Shown here piece by piece: positions 1 through 12,800 of a stretch of 64,000 nt of DNA. The position numbers were made by a program, and so were the translations under genes. Position 1 is the stretch's first letter; the number at the start of each line of letters is the position of its first letter. Under the pieces are notes generated by a model that searched no databases, had not been told where the DNA came from, and saw only the letters and a program-made list of their open reading frames with translations. Origin of the DNA: Macrostomum hystrix. Its lineage: Eukaryota > Animalia > Platyhelminthes. Where the stretch lies: NCBI GenBank assembly GCA_950097015.1, contig CATNEN010000039.1:17608001-17672000 (forward strand), in the 5' to 3' direction.

Positions 1-684
1 CGACAGGAATCTGCAAGGCCAAACAACACTTCTGTCCGCCCGAAACCAGGGCGTCGTGACAGCGCCCCGGACGACGCGGAGATTGTCATTTTCGACGCCA
101 TCGACCGGACGTGTTTTTGGACTGCAAATGGAGACGCTGACTTGACTTCATTGAAAAAAACTCGGTCCGAAATGCCATCAGCTGCTCTCGACTTTGGAAA
201 ATGGTCAAATGCTTACGGGTGTTGAAAGCCCAGCTCAACGCCCGGCTCCGTTTCAGCAGCCGCTTCACTAAGTCCGACAAAAAAAGCTGCTCTATGCTCA
301 ATAAAATGTTTGCCTGCCCACGCGCTTGCCGATCGCATGGAGCTTCTTTCACAGCGTCAATAGAAACGCCAGAAAAATCTCATTGTACGGGGCTCAGTTC
401 TGCAGTTCTCCTCAGTCGACGTCGCCACGGTGGATGGTGATGGAGAAAATTAGGAACAAAGGAAGTTAAGATAAGGGGTGCGATGTAAAAATTGAGGATT
501 TGGGTAGAAGAGATAGATGTGGGAAAGTGGCTGATATCTCGGCCGGTATAACCCTCTGCACATTAGAAGCGACAATTGAAAATTGGACGATGCATGAACT
601 GTCGTCAGTAATCGTGGGGACAATTGTCTCCCATGCATTCACATATAAATCCATGGTTGCCGTAATCTTTATTAAAAATTATAA

Positions 685-954
685 AATTGCAGGAGGGCTG
701 CGGGCTCATCATTTGGTGACACTATCGATCCGCAGCCAGCGAGGAGGCCCTGACTTTCTAATCTACAGGCAGTGTACACTTTCACTGTGCCTTGGAGGTT
801 GGCCCTCAAGGGCGTATATTGCACGACAAGCCCCCAAGCCATCTCTTTAAGGCTGCGGTTCGGATATGGCCTCGCCACGGAATCGAAGCTCAGGGACATT
901 TACGCGACAGGCGACGACAGGCAAACGCGTTAGCCGCTCTGCCAGTGACCCCCC
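685..954 (-). mobile_element. tRNA-derived SINE (head plus body)
   Basis: The minus strand starts GGGGGGTCAC, followed by an A box TGGCAGAGCGG (944-934) and a B-box-like GCTTCGATTCC (889-879). The body at 685-785 recurs in diverged form, in the opposite orientation, at 42340-42500. Confidence 0.7.
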
Positions 955-2011
955 TGCCATGATCTTTGGGACTGCTTTAAAATCTAATTGGCTTTTGAAG
1001 TTCATATTGCTCAAATAATTTTTATAGCAAATATGAAATAATCAATGAAGCCTATTATTTTATTTCATGTCGCTACTGCTTTTAAAAGGGGCAGTTGAAG
1101 TTGCTGTTTTTACTGTTCATTTCCTCGAATGTTTTTTCTTTTCTCAATTGGCTTTTAATTAAAAGATTCCTAGCATTTCCATTTTCCACTGAGATACGGG
1201 TTCACATGATCGATGACCTTTCGCACGGTGTAGATTTAATGAACTTTTTATCACTGCAGATACCTGACAGGCTAGAGCTCGCATGCACGCGGCCAAGTGC
1301 ATTACGGCAGCATAAGCTGAATTATTACTCGTATAATGCTATACTAGCTAGTCAAAAACGCAACCTCGCACGTTCCAATACCTCGTTTGCACATTTTTTG
1401 TCTAGATAAAAAACTTTAGCTTAAAGAAGACTGACTGTATGGAGACAGCCGAGATCGTAAACAAACCCTGGTATATTTGCATGTCGGGGTCGATATCAAT
1501 TATCGATTGTTTCGATATGATTTCGTTTAATTTTTGCCTTTTTTATTAAATCGTTATCAATGTTCCCTCTGCTTTTTTTAGGACTATGAAATTTTATTTT
1601 AGGCTGAATATGCTTGACTAGACATGGCAGAAGTAAGACGTTTGATTAGGCTGGCCCGTCTAATTTTGGTCCAGGTGCGGTTACGTCATATGAAGCTAGC
1701 GCACATTTTATTTAGAAGACGAGTCTTTCCTGTACGCCTGTCCTAGGCCACAAGTGACACGCGCAAGTGACGATTTCGTGCAGGCCAACAAACACGAGGG
1801 CCGGCCGGTCAAAACAACCGAAGCCGATCACGCTTTCTGCGCGTGCTCGTCTGAGGGCTTGGCCTCAGATTGTGGCCTCATGTACAGCGAGTTTATCGAT
1901 CGCCAGGGGTCCGCCCCGCACACGCTCGACCCGAATTCCAGTCTAAACAGGTTTTGTGCTTTACATGCCGCTCCACTGTTTTCTCACTCACCAACTCGGC
2001 TTGCGAATTCT

Positions 2012-2029
2012 TATATAAAACGCGCCAAA
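2012..2029 (+). promoter_or_regulatory. TATA box with adjacent E2F-like site upstream of the small ORF
   Basis: TATATAAA at 2012-2019 is followed by CGCGCCAAA (reverse complement TTTGGCGCG), about 230 nt upstream of the ATG at 2251. Confidence 0.4.
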
Positions 2030-2250
2030 GGCGCATTTGAAAACAAGCCAGAAGTGACAGGTGCAGACACACACATACCCATACAGAGAGGAGAGCGCGA
2101 AAGCGTGAGGCACCAGCCCTTCGAGTGCTGCTGTTCCGACATCGCGGGTGACAGTTCCAGAGCTAACTGGGTTTTTATCAAACCGCCCGAGGGCCAAACA
2201 GCAAAGCCGTCAATTTTTCATCAAGAGGCAGCCCGGCGGCGCCCACCCCG

Positions 2251-2466
2251 ATGAAAAGTGTCCGTTTCAACGATGAAGTGACCGTCTGGAAATTTGTCAA
2301 TGAACTTGACCCGGAACTAGAAACGTCCACGCCGGAGGAGGACGACTACGTCATCATACACTACGACAAGCGCAAGAAGAGGATCTTTTTCAGCATGTAC
2401 AACTTCTGCGCGGAGGTGTTGCACAATCGCGCAAGCATTGTGTCACACCTGTTTGGAGCCGCTTAG
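2251..2466 (+). CDS. Putative 71-aa PP1-binding (RVxF) microprotein
   Basis: ATG-initiated ORF beginning MKSVRFNDEVTVWKF, which resembles the GADD34 PP1-docking segment KVRFSEKVTVHFL. It has an upstream TATA box and is followed by AT-richer sequence. Confidence 0.4.
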   Translation: MKSVRFNDEVTVWKFVNELDPELETSTPEEDDYVIIHYDKRKKRIFFSMYNFCAEVLHNRASIVSHLFGAA

Positions 2467-3719
2467 TTTATGAAATATTTCACGAAAACTGCAACAATGC
2501 AGACAGTCCCGTCTATGTCACGTGTTTATACAAAGGTGTGTTGTAAATTTTAAACGTCAGTGCTTTTTGTGTGTCTTCAGGCAGTTTTTACCTTATCCGA
2601 TGGCTAGACGAGATCGAACACCAAAAGCTAGTAGAAAGCGGGCATTTGGAACTTTTCCAACTAAAGCTGTGAATTTAATTGGTCCTAGAAAACAGCCTTG
2701 ATAGGTAAATACTGCCTGCATAATTTTGCACCGCCTGATATCGAGTTCCACCTGTAGACCCGAACAATATAACTAAATCATCTTGTCATCAACGCGCTCC
2801 TGTCGTCATGGTTACCCGTGTGTCTATAGTCTCGACATCCTAATCTGCTTTGACTTTGCTGCGTGTGCTATTAATGACCCCGCCATAATGTTAATTAGGT
2901 CAAGGAAGTAAAACCTGTGTTTAGGAATTTCATGTCGAGCAACTCGTCGAGTTAAACACCAACGTTACATCGCGTCGTCAGCATTCAGTGCACTAGTGTT
3001 CCGCGGACTACCAGCAAATTGCGGGACCTTTGCACTGCAGCTGTATCGTTCCATTCGCTTCACATAGAGACTCGGAGACTGCTGAATTTTAGGGAACTTT
3101 TTCGTAGGAATGGGAGAATGACTGTACTGTTTGCTGATGCGTTCTGTCGAGGAAGTTAAGCTTAAGCTTAAGTCAAACTAGCCAACATCGCCGTTAATAT
3201 CCCGTGTTGCTGCCTAATTCTCGTTTGCACTTTTTCCAATTCGCTTGTTATAAACTTACTTTATGGATCTGAATCGAAACAGTTTTAAGAAGTGAATTCT
3301 CATTTTGCTATCTGGCTACATGACACCAAGCAAGCGTAGCATGCATGACAACAATAGTCCTTTATGTTGAAGACTTTATACTTGCTGTAGATCCTTTGCC
3401 CAGATATGCTAAAACATCGCCTGTTAAATCCATCTATTCAATTGTCAACTGAGTTTTAAGGAAGGAAAGACAAAAGAGCAAATAAAAAGGTAAACCAACA
3501 GAGGAAAAATAGGATATTTAGAGGCAGCCGTAAACGATTCCACGAATTGTAGTACATCACTTATCAAATCTTTGAGCAGTTTTTCATTATTTAAGAGACT
3601 AGGGCCGTTCAGCTGTCGCTGGTCGTACCTGTCCTGTCACTGGCAGCTCCGCGCCAGGCCCAAACCAGTGTTTTTTTATTGCAAAGCAATTTTGAAAAAA
3701 TAAGTAAAAAAATGTTAAC

Positions 3720-3846
3720 GCTGAAAGCACCGTCATTTGGCGCTGCTTCGTGGAGGTCGCTGCGCGGACGCCCGTGACCATCCACTGGGTGCCAGGACAC
3801 TGCGGGCTGTGGCGTAACGAGGAGGCTGACGCAGCAGCCGCTCGCT
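3720..3846 (+). mobile_element. Fragment of a non-LTR retrotransposon RNase H domain
   Basis: Translates as AESTVIWRCFVEVAARTPVTIHWVPGHCGLWRNEEADAAAAR, which matches the RNase HI C-terminal motif WVPGHxGxxxNExAD. An in-frame TAA lies at 3705 and the N-terminal catalytic motifs are absent. Confidence 0.8.
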
Positions 3847-3895
3847 CGGGTATCGAAGGGGCGACTAGGACATCAGAATTCGAAGCTTACGCAGC

Positions 3896-6800
3896 TGACT
3901 TTTGGCGCTGTGACTTTGGGCGGAGGGACTTTGGGCGGATTGGCTTGGCCGGAGTGACTTTGGACGGAGTGACTTTTGGCGGAGTGGCTTTGGGCGGAGT
4001 GACTTTGGGCGGAGTGACTTTGGGCGGAGTGGCTCTGGGCGGAGTGACTTTGGGCGGAGTGAATTCTGGCGGAGTGACTTTGGGCAGAGTGGCTTTGGGT
4101 GGAGTGGCTTTGGGCGGAGTGACTTTGGGCGGAGTGACTTTGGGCGGAGAGACTTTGGGCAGAGTGGCTTTGGGTGGAGTGGCTTTGGGCGGAGTGACTT
4201 TGGGCGCAGTGACTTTGGGCGGAGTAACTTTGGGCGGAGTGACTTTGGGCGGAGTGGCTTTGGGCGGAATGGCTTTGGGCGGAGTGACTTTGGGCGGAGT
4301 GACTTTGGGCGGAGAGACTTTGGGCGGAGTGACTTTGGGCGGAGAGACTTTGGGCAGAGTGACTTTGGGCGGAGTAACTTTGGGCGGAGTGACTTTGGGT
4401 GGAATGGCTTTGGGCGGAGTGGCTCTGGGCGGAGTGACTTTGGGCGGAGTAACTTTGGGCGGAGTGACTTTGGGCAGAGTGACTTTGGGCGGAGTGACTT
4501 TGGGTGGAATGGCTTTGGGCGGAGTGACTTTGGGCGGAGTGACTTTGGGCGGAGAGACTGGGCGGAGTGGCTTTGGGCGAATTCACATTGGGCGGAGTCA
4601 TACTGGGCGGAGTGTCTCTGTTTGGATTCGCACTGGGCGGAGTGACTTTGGGCGGAGTGACTTTGGGCGGAGTGACTTGGCGGAGTGGCTTTGGGCGGAT
4701 TCACATTGGGCGGAGGGACTTTGGGCGGAGAGACTTTGGGCGGAGTGACTTTGGGCGGAGTGACTTTGGGCGGAGTGACTTTGGGCGGAGTGACTTGGCG
4801 GAGTGGCTTTGGGCGGAGTGGCTTTGGGCGGAGTGACTTTGGGCGGAGTGGCTTTGGTCGGATTCACATTTGGCGGAGTGGCTTTGGGCGGAGTGGCTTT
4901 GGGCGGAGTGACTTTGGGCGAAGGTGCTCTGGGCGGAGTGACTTTGGGCGGAGTGAATTTGGGCGGAGTGACTTTGGGCAGGGTGACTTTGGGCAGAGTG
5001 GCTTTGGGCGGATTCACATTGGGCGGATTCATACTGGGCGGAGTGTCTCTGTTTGGATTCGCACTGGGCGGAGTGACTTTGGGCGGAGTGACTTTGGGTG
5101 GAGTGACTTTGGGCGGAGTGGCTTTGGGCGGATTCACATTGGGCGGAGGGACTTTGGGCGGAGAGACTTTGTGCGGAGAGACTTTGGGCGGAGTGGCTTT
5201 GGGCGGATTCACATTGGGCGGAGTGACTTTTGGCGCTGTGACTTTGGGCGGAGTGACTTTTGGCGGATTGTCTTTTTGCGGAGTAGTGTCCTTCGGTGGA
5301 GTGTCTTTGGGCGGAGTGTCTTTGGGCAGAGTCACTTTGGGCGGAGTGTCTTTGGGCGGAGTGTCTTTGGGCGGAGTGTCTTTGGGCGGAGTGTCTTTGG
5401 GCGGAGTGTCTTTGGGCATAGTGACTTTGGGCGGAGTGTCTTTGGGCGGATTGTCTTTGGGCGCAGTGTCTTTGGTCGGAGAGACTTTGGGCGGAGTGGC
5501 TTTGGGCGGATTCATATTGGGCGGAGTGACTTTGGGTGGAGTTACTTTTGGCGGAGTGGCTTTGGTCGGATTCACATTTGGCGGTGTGGCTTTGGGCGGA
5601 GTGCCTTTGGGCGGAGTGACTTTGGGCGGAGTGGCTTTGGGTGGAGTGGCTTTGGGCGGAGTGACTTTGGGCGGATTCACATTGGGCGGATTCACACTGG
5701 GCGAAGTGTCTTTGTTTGGATTCACACTGGGCGGATTGACTTTCGGCGGAGGGACTTTGGGCGGAGTGACTTTGGGCGGTCTAAATTTGGGCGGAGTGAC
5801 TTTGGGCAGAGTGGCTTTGGGTGGAGTGGCTTTGGGCGGAGTGACTTTGGGCGGATTCACATTGGGCGGATTCACACTGGGCGAAGTGTCTTTGTTTGGA
5901 TTCACACTGGGCGGATTGACTTTCGGCGGAGGGACTTTGGGCGGAGTGGCTTGGCCGGAGTGACTTTGGACGGAGTGAATTTGGGCGGAGTGACTTTGGG
6001 CAGAGTGGCTTTGGGTGGAGTGGCTTTGGGCGGATTCACATTGGGCGGATTCATACTGGGCGGAGTGTCTCTGTTTGGATTCGCACTGGGCGGATTGACT
6101 TTGGGCGGAGTGACTTTGGGCGGAGTGACTTGGCGGAGTGGCTTTGGGCGGATTCACATTGGGCGGAGGGACTTTGGGCGGAGAGACTTTGGGCGGAGTG
6201 ACTTTGGGCGGAGTGACTTTGGGCGGAGTGACTTTGGGCGGAGTGACTTGGCGGAGTGGCTTTGGGCGGATTCACATTGGGCGGAGGGACTTTGGGCGGA
6301 GAGACTTTGGGCGGAGTGACTTTGGGCGGAGTGAATTTGGGCGGAGTGACTTTGGGCGGAGTGACTTTGGGCGGAGTGACTTTGGGCGGAGAGACTTTGG
6401 GCGGAGTGACTTTGGGCGGAGTGACTTTGGGCGGAGTGACTTTGGGCGGAGTGACTTGGCGGAGTGGCTTTGGGCGGATTCACATTGGGCGGAGGGACTT
6501 TGGGCGGAGAGACTTTGGGCGGAGTGACTTTGGGCGGAGTGAATTTGGGCGGAGTGACTTTGGGCGGAGTAACTTTGGGCGGAGTGGCTTTGGGCGGAGT
6601 GGCTTTGGGCGGAGTGACTTTGGGCGGAGTGGCTTTGGGCGGAGTGGCTTTGGGCGGATTCACATTGGGCGGAGGGACTTTGGGCGGAGAGACTTTGTGC
6701 GGAGAGACTTTGGGCGGAGTGGCTTTAGGCGGATTCACATTGGGCGGAGGGACTTTGGGCGGAGAGACTTTGGGCGGATTCACATTGGGCGGAGTGACTT

Positions 6801-9800
6801 TTGGCGCTGTGACTTTGGGCGGAGTGACTTTTGGCGGATTGTCTTTTTGCGGAGTAGTGTCCTTCGGTGGAGTGTCTTTGGGCGGAGTGTCTTTGGGCGG
6901 AGTGACTTGGCGGAGTGGCTTTGGGCGGATTCACATTGGGCGGAGGGACTTTGGGCGGAGAGACTTTGGGCGGAGTGACTTTGGGCGGAGTGACTTTGGG
7001 CGGAGTGACTTTGGGCGGAGTGACTTGGCGGAGTGGCTTTGGGCGGAGTGGCTTTGGGCGGAGTGACTTTGGGCGGAGTGGCTTTGGTCGGATTCACATT
7101 TGGCGGAGTGGCTTTGGGCGGAGTGGCTTTGGGCGGAGTGACTTTGGGCGAAGGTGCTCTGGGCGGAGTGACTTTGGGCGGAGTGAATTTGGGCGGAGTG
7201 ACTTTGGGCAGGGTGACTTTGGGCAGAGTGGCTTTGGGCGGATTCACATTGGGCGGATTCATACTGGGCGGAGTGTCTCTGTTTGGATTCGCACTGGGCG
7301 GAGTGACTTTGGGCGGAGTGACTTTGGGTGGAGTGACTTTGGGCGGAGTGGCTTTGGGCGGATTCACATTGGGCGGAGGGACTTTGGGCGGAGAGACTTT
7401 GTGCGGAGAGACTTTGGGCGGAGTGGCTTTGGGCGGATTCACATTGGGCGGAGTGACTTTTGGCGCTGTGACTTTGGGCGGAGTGACTTTTGGCGGATTG
7501 TCTTTTTGCGGAGTAGTGTCCTTCGGTGGAGTGTCTTTGGGCGGAGTGTCTTTGGGCAGAGTCACTTTGGGCGGAGTGTCTTTGGGCGGAGTGTCTTTGG
7601 GCGGAGTGTCTTTGGGCGGAGTGTCTTTGGGCGGAGTGTCTTTGGGCATAGTGACTTTGGGCGGAGTGTCTTTGGGCGGATTGTCTTTGGGCGCAGTGTC
7701 TTTGGTCGGAGAGACTTTGGGCGGAGTGGCTTTGGGCGGATTCATATTGGGCGGAGTGACTTTGGGTGGAGTTACTTTTGGCGGAGTGGCTTTGGTCGGA
7801 TTCACATTTGGCGGTGTGGCTTTGGGCGGAGTGCCTTTGGGCGGAGTGACTTTGGGCGGAGTGGCTTTGGGTGGAGTGGCTTTGGGCGGAGTGACTTTGG
7901 GCGGATTCACATTGGGCGGATTCACACTGGGCGAAGTGTCTTTGTTTGGATTCACACTGGGCGGATTGACTTTCGGCGGAGGGACTTTGGGCGGAGTGAC
8001 TTTGGGCGGTCTAAATTTGGGCGGAGTGACTTTGGGCAGAGTGGCTTTGGGTGGAGTGGCTTTGGGCGGAGTGACTTTGGGCGGATTCACATTGGGCGGA
8101 TTCACACTGGGCGAAGTGTCTTTGTTTGGATTCACACTGGGCGGATTGACTTTCGGCGGAGGGACTTTGGGCGGAGTGGCTTGGCCGGAGTGACTTTGGA
8201 CGGAGTGAATTTGGGCGGAGTGACTTTGGGCAGAGTGGCTTTGGGTGGAGTGGCTTTGGGCGGATTCACATTGGGCGGATTCATACTGGGCGGAGTGTCT
8301 CTGTTTGGATTCGCACTGGGCGGATTGACTTTGGGCGGAGTGACTTTGGGCGGAGTGACTTGGCGGAGTGGCTTTGGGCGGATTCACATTGGGCGGAGGG
8401 ACTTTGGGCGGAGAGACTTTGGGCGGAGTGACTTTGGGCGGAGTGACTTTGGGCGGAGTGACTTTGGGCGGAGTGACTTGGCGGAGTGGCTTTGGGCGGA
8501 TTCACATTGGGCGGAGGGACTTTGGGCGGAGAGACTTTGGGCGGAGTGACTTTGGGCGGAGTGAATTTGGGCGGAGTGACTTTGGGCGGAGTGACTTTGG
8601 GCGGAGTGACTTTGGGCGGAGAGACTTTGGGCGGAGTGACTTTGGGCGGAGTGACTTTGGGCGGAGTGACTTTGGGCGGAGTGACTTGGCGGAGTGGCTT
8701 TGGGCGGATTCACATTGGGCGGAGGGACTTTGGGCGGAGAGACTTTGGGCGGAGTGACTTTGGGCGGAGTGAATTTGGGCGGAGTGACTTTGGGCGGAGT
8801 AACTTTGGGCGGAGTGGCTTTGGGCGGAGTGGCTTTGGGCGGAGTGACTTTGGGCGGAGTGGCTTTGGGCGGAGTGGCTTTGGGCGGATTCACATTGGGC
8901 GGAGGGACTTTGGGCGGAGAGACTTTGTGCGGAGAGACTTTGGGCGGAGTGGCTTTAGGCGGATTCACATTGGGCGGAGGGACTTTGGGCGGAGAGACTT
9001 TGGGCGGATTCACATTGGGCGGAGTGACTTTTGGCGCTGTGACTTTGGGCGGAGTGACTTTTGGCGGATTGTCTTTTTGCGGAGTAGTGTCCTTCGGTGG
9101 AGTGTCTTTGGGCGGAGTGTCTTTGGGCGGAGTGACTTGGCGGAGTGGCTTTGGGCGGATTCACATTGGGCGGAGGGACTTTGGCGGAGTGACTTTGGGC
9201 GGAGTGACTTTGGGCGGAGTGAATTTGGGCGGAGTGACTTTGGGCGGAGTAACTTTGGGCGGAGTGACTTTGGGCGGAGTGGCTTTGGGCGGAATGGCTT
9301 TGGGCGGAGTGACTTTGGGCGGAGTGACTTTGGGCGGAGAGACTTTGGGCGGAGTGACTCTGGGCGGAGAGACTTTGGGCGGAGTGACTTTGGGCGGAGT
9401 GACTTTGGGCGGCATGACTTTGGGCGGAGTGACTTGGCGGAGTGGCTTTGGGCGGAGTGGCTTTGGGCGGAGTGACTTTGGGCGGAGTGGCTTTGGTCGG
9501 ATTCACATTTGGCGGAGTGGCTTTGGGCGGAGTGGCTTTGGGCGGAGTGACTTTGTGCGGAGAGACTTTGGGCGGAGTGGCTTTGGGCGGATTCACATTG
9601 GGCGGAGTGACTTTGGGCGGAGAGACTTTGTGCGGAGAGACTTTGGGCGGAGTGACTTTGGGCGGAGGTGCTCTGGGCGGAGTGACTTTGGGCGGAGTGA
9701 CTTTGGGCGGAGTGAATTTGGGCGGAGTGACTTTGGGCGGAGTAACTTTGGGCGGAGTGGCTTTGGGCGGAGTGGCTTTGGGCGGAGTGACTTTGGGCGG

Positions 9801-12800
9801 AGTGGCTTTGGGCGGAGTGGCTTTGGGCGGATTCACATTGGGCGGAGGGACTTTGGGCGGAGAGACTTTGTGCGGAGAGACTTTGGGCGGAGTGGCTTTA
9901 GGCGGATTCACATTGGGCGGAGGGACTTTGGGCGGAGAGACTTTGGGCGGATTCACATTGGGCGGAGTGACTTTTGGCGCTGTGACTTTGGGCGGAGTGA
10001 CTTTTGGCGGATTGTCTTTTTGCGGAGTAGTGTCCTTCGGTGGAGTGTCTTTGGGCGGAGTGTCTTTGGGCGGAGTGACTTGGCGGAGTGGCTTTGGGCG
10101 GATTCACATTGGGCGGAGGGACTTTGGGCGGAGTGACTTTGGGCGGAGTGACTTTGGGCGGAGTGAATTTGGGCGGAGTGACTTTGGGCGGAGTAACTTT
10201 GGGCGGAGTGACTTTGGGCGGAGTGGCTTTGGGCGGAATGGCTTTGGGCGGAGTGACTTTGGGCGGAGTGACTTTGGGCGGAGAGACTTTGGGCGGAGTG
10301 ACTCTGGGCGGAGAGACTTTGGGCGGAGTGACTTTGGGCGGAGTGACTTTGGGCGGCATGACTTTGGGCGGAGTGACTTGGCGGAGTGGCTTTGGGCGGA
10401 GTGGCTTTGGGCGGAGTGACTTTGGGCGGAGTGGCTTTGGTCGGATTCACATTTGGCGGAGTGGCTTTGGGTGGAGTGGCTTTGGGCGGAGTGACTTTGT
10501 GCGGAGAGACTTTGGGCGGAGTGGCTTTGGGCGGATTCACATTGGGCGGAGTGACTTTGGGCGGAGAGACTTTGTGCGGAGAGACTTTGGGCGGAGTGGC
10601 TTTGGGCGGATTCACATTGGGCGGAGTGACTTTGGGCGGAGAGACTTTGGGCGGAGTGGCTTTGGGCGTATTCACATTGGGCAGAGTGACTTTGGGCGGA
10701 GTGACTTTGGGCGGAGAGACTTTGGGCGGAGTGGCTTTGGTCGGATTCACATTTGGCGGTGTGGCTTTGGGCGGAGTGCCTTTGGGCGGAGTGACTTTGG
10801 GCGGAGTGGCTTTGGGTGGAGTGGCTTTGGGCGGAGTGACTTTGGGCGGATTCACATTGGGCGGATTCACACTGGGCGAAGTGTCTTTGTTTGGATTCAC
10901 ACTGGGCGGATTGACTTTCGGCGGAGGGACTTTGGGCGGAGTGACTTTGGGCGGTCTAAATTTGGGCGGAGTGACTTTGGGCAGAGTGGCTTTGGGTGGA
11001 GTGGCTTTGGGCGGAGTGACTTTGGGCGGATTCACATTGGGCGGATTCACACTGGGCGAAGTGTCTTTGTTTGGATTCACACTGGGCGGATTGACTTTCG
11101 GCGGAGGGACTTTGGGCGGAGTGGCTTGGCCGGAGTGACTTTGGACGGAGTGAATTTGGGCGGAGTGACTTTGGGCAGAGTGGCTTTGGGTGGAGTGGCT
11201 TTGGGCGGATTCACATTGGGCGGATTCATACTGGGCGGAGTGTCTCTGTTTGGATTCGCACTGGGCGGATTGACTTTGGGCGGAGTGACTTTGGGCGGAG
11301 TGACTTGGCGGAGTGGCTTTGGGCGGATTCACATTGGGCGGAGGGACTTTGGGCGGAGAGACTTTGGGCGGAGTGACTTTGGGCGGAGTGACTTTGGGCG
11401 GAGTGACTTTGGGCGGAGTGACTTGGCGGAGTGGCTTTGGGCGGATTCACATTGGGCGGAGGGACTTTGGGCGGAGAGACTTTGGGCGGAGTGACTTTGG
11501 GCGGAGTGAATTTGGGCGGAGTGACTTTGGGCGGAGTGACTTTGGGCGGAGTGACTTTGGGCGGAGAGACTTTGGGCGGAGTGACTTTGGGCGGAGTGAC
11601 TTTGGGCGGAGTGACTTTGGGCGGAGTGACTTGGCGGAGTGGCTTTGGGCGGATTCACATTGGGCGGAGGGACTTTGGGCGGAGAGACTTTGGGCGGAGT
11701 GACTTTGGGCGGAGTGAATTTGGGCGGAGTGACTTTGGGCGGAGTAACTTTGGGCGGAGTGGCTTTGGGCGGAGTGGCTTTGGGCGGAGTGACTTTGGGC
11801 GGAGTGGCTTTGGGCGGAGTGGCTTTGGGCGGATTCACATTGGGCGGAGGGACTTTGGGCGGAGAGACTTTGTGCGGAGAGACTTTGGGCGGAGTGGCTT
11901 TAGGCGGATTCACATTGGGCGGAGGGACTTTGGGCGGAGAGACTTTGGGCGGATTCACATTGGGCGGAGTGACTTTTGGCGCTGTGACTTTGGGCGGAGT
12001 GACTTTTGGCGGATTGTCTTTTTGCGGAGTAGTGTCCTTCGGTGGAGTGTCTTTGGGCGGAGTGTCTTTGGGCGGAGTGACTTGGCGGAGTGGCTTTGGG
12101 CGGATTCACATTGGGCGGAGGGACTTTGGGCGGAGTGACTTTGGGCGGAGTGACTTTGGGCGGAGTGAATTTGGGCGGAGTGACTTTGGGCGGAGTAACT
12201 TTGGGCGGAGTGACTTTGGGCGGAGTGGCTTTGGGCGGAATGGCTTTGGGCGGAGTGACTTTGGGCGGAGTGACTTTGGGCGGAGAGACTTTGGGCGGAG
12301 TGACTCTGGGCGGAGAGACTTTGGGCGGAGTGACTTTGGGCGGAGTGACTTTGGGCGGCATGACTTTGGGCGGAGTGACTTGGCGGAGTGGCTTTGGGCG
12401 GAGTGGCTTTGGGCGGAGTGACTTTGGGCGGAGTGGCTTTGGTCGGATTCACATTTGGCGGAGTGGCTTTGGGCGGAGTGGCTTTGGGCGGAGTGACTTT
12501 GTGCGGAGAGACTTTGGGCGGAGTGGCTTTGGGCGGATTCACATTGGGCGGAGTGACTTTGGGCGGAGAGACTTTGTGCGGAGAGACTTTGGGCGGAGTG
12601 ACTTTGGGCGGAGGTGCTCTGGGCGGAGTGACTTTGGGCGGAGTGACTTTGGGCGGAGTGAATTTGGGCGGAGTGACTTTGGGCGGAGTAACTTTGGGCG
12701 GAGTGGCTTTGGGCGGAGTGGCTTTGGGCGGAGTGACTTTGGGCGGAGTGGCTTTGGGCGGAGTGGCTTTGGGCGGATTCACATTGGGCGGAGGGACTTT

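Noticed and set aside
870-954. Functional tRNA gene
   Set aside because: The B box is imperfect, no clean cloverleaf is apparent, and it continues into a dispersed repeat body, so a SINE head fits better.
1-2254. Short ORFs at 86-352, 201-440, 500-850, 1095-1409 and 1754-2254
   Set aside because: No recognisable motifs, mostly non-ATG starts, and some overlap the SINE or promoter-like sequence.
3597-3869. GACTAGG at 3597 and 3863 as a TSD around the RNase H fragment
   Set aside because: Only 7 bp long with no 3' tail, so it could be chance.
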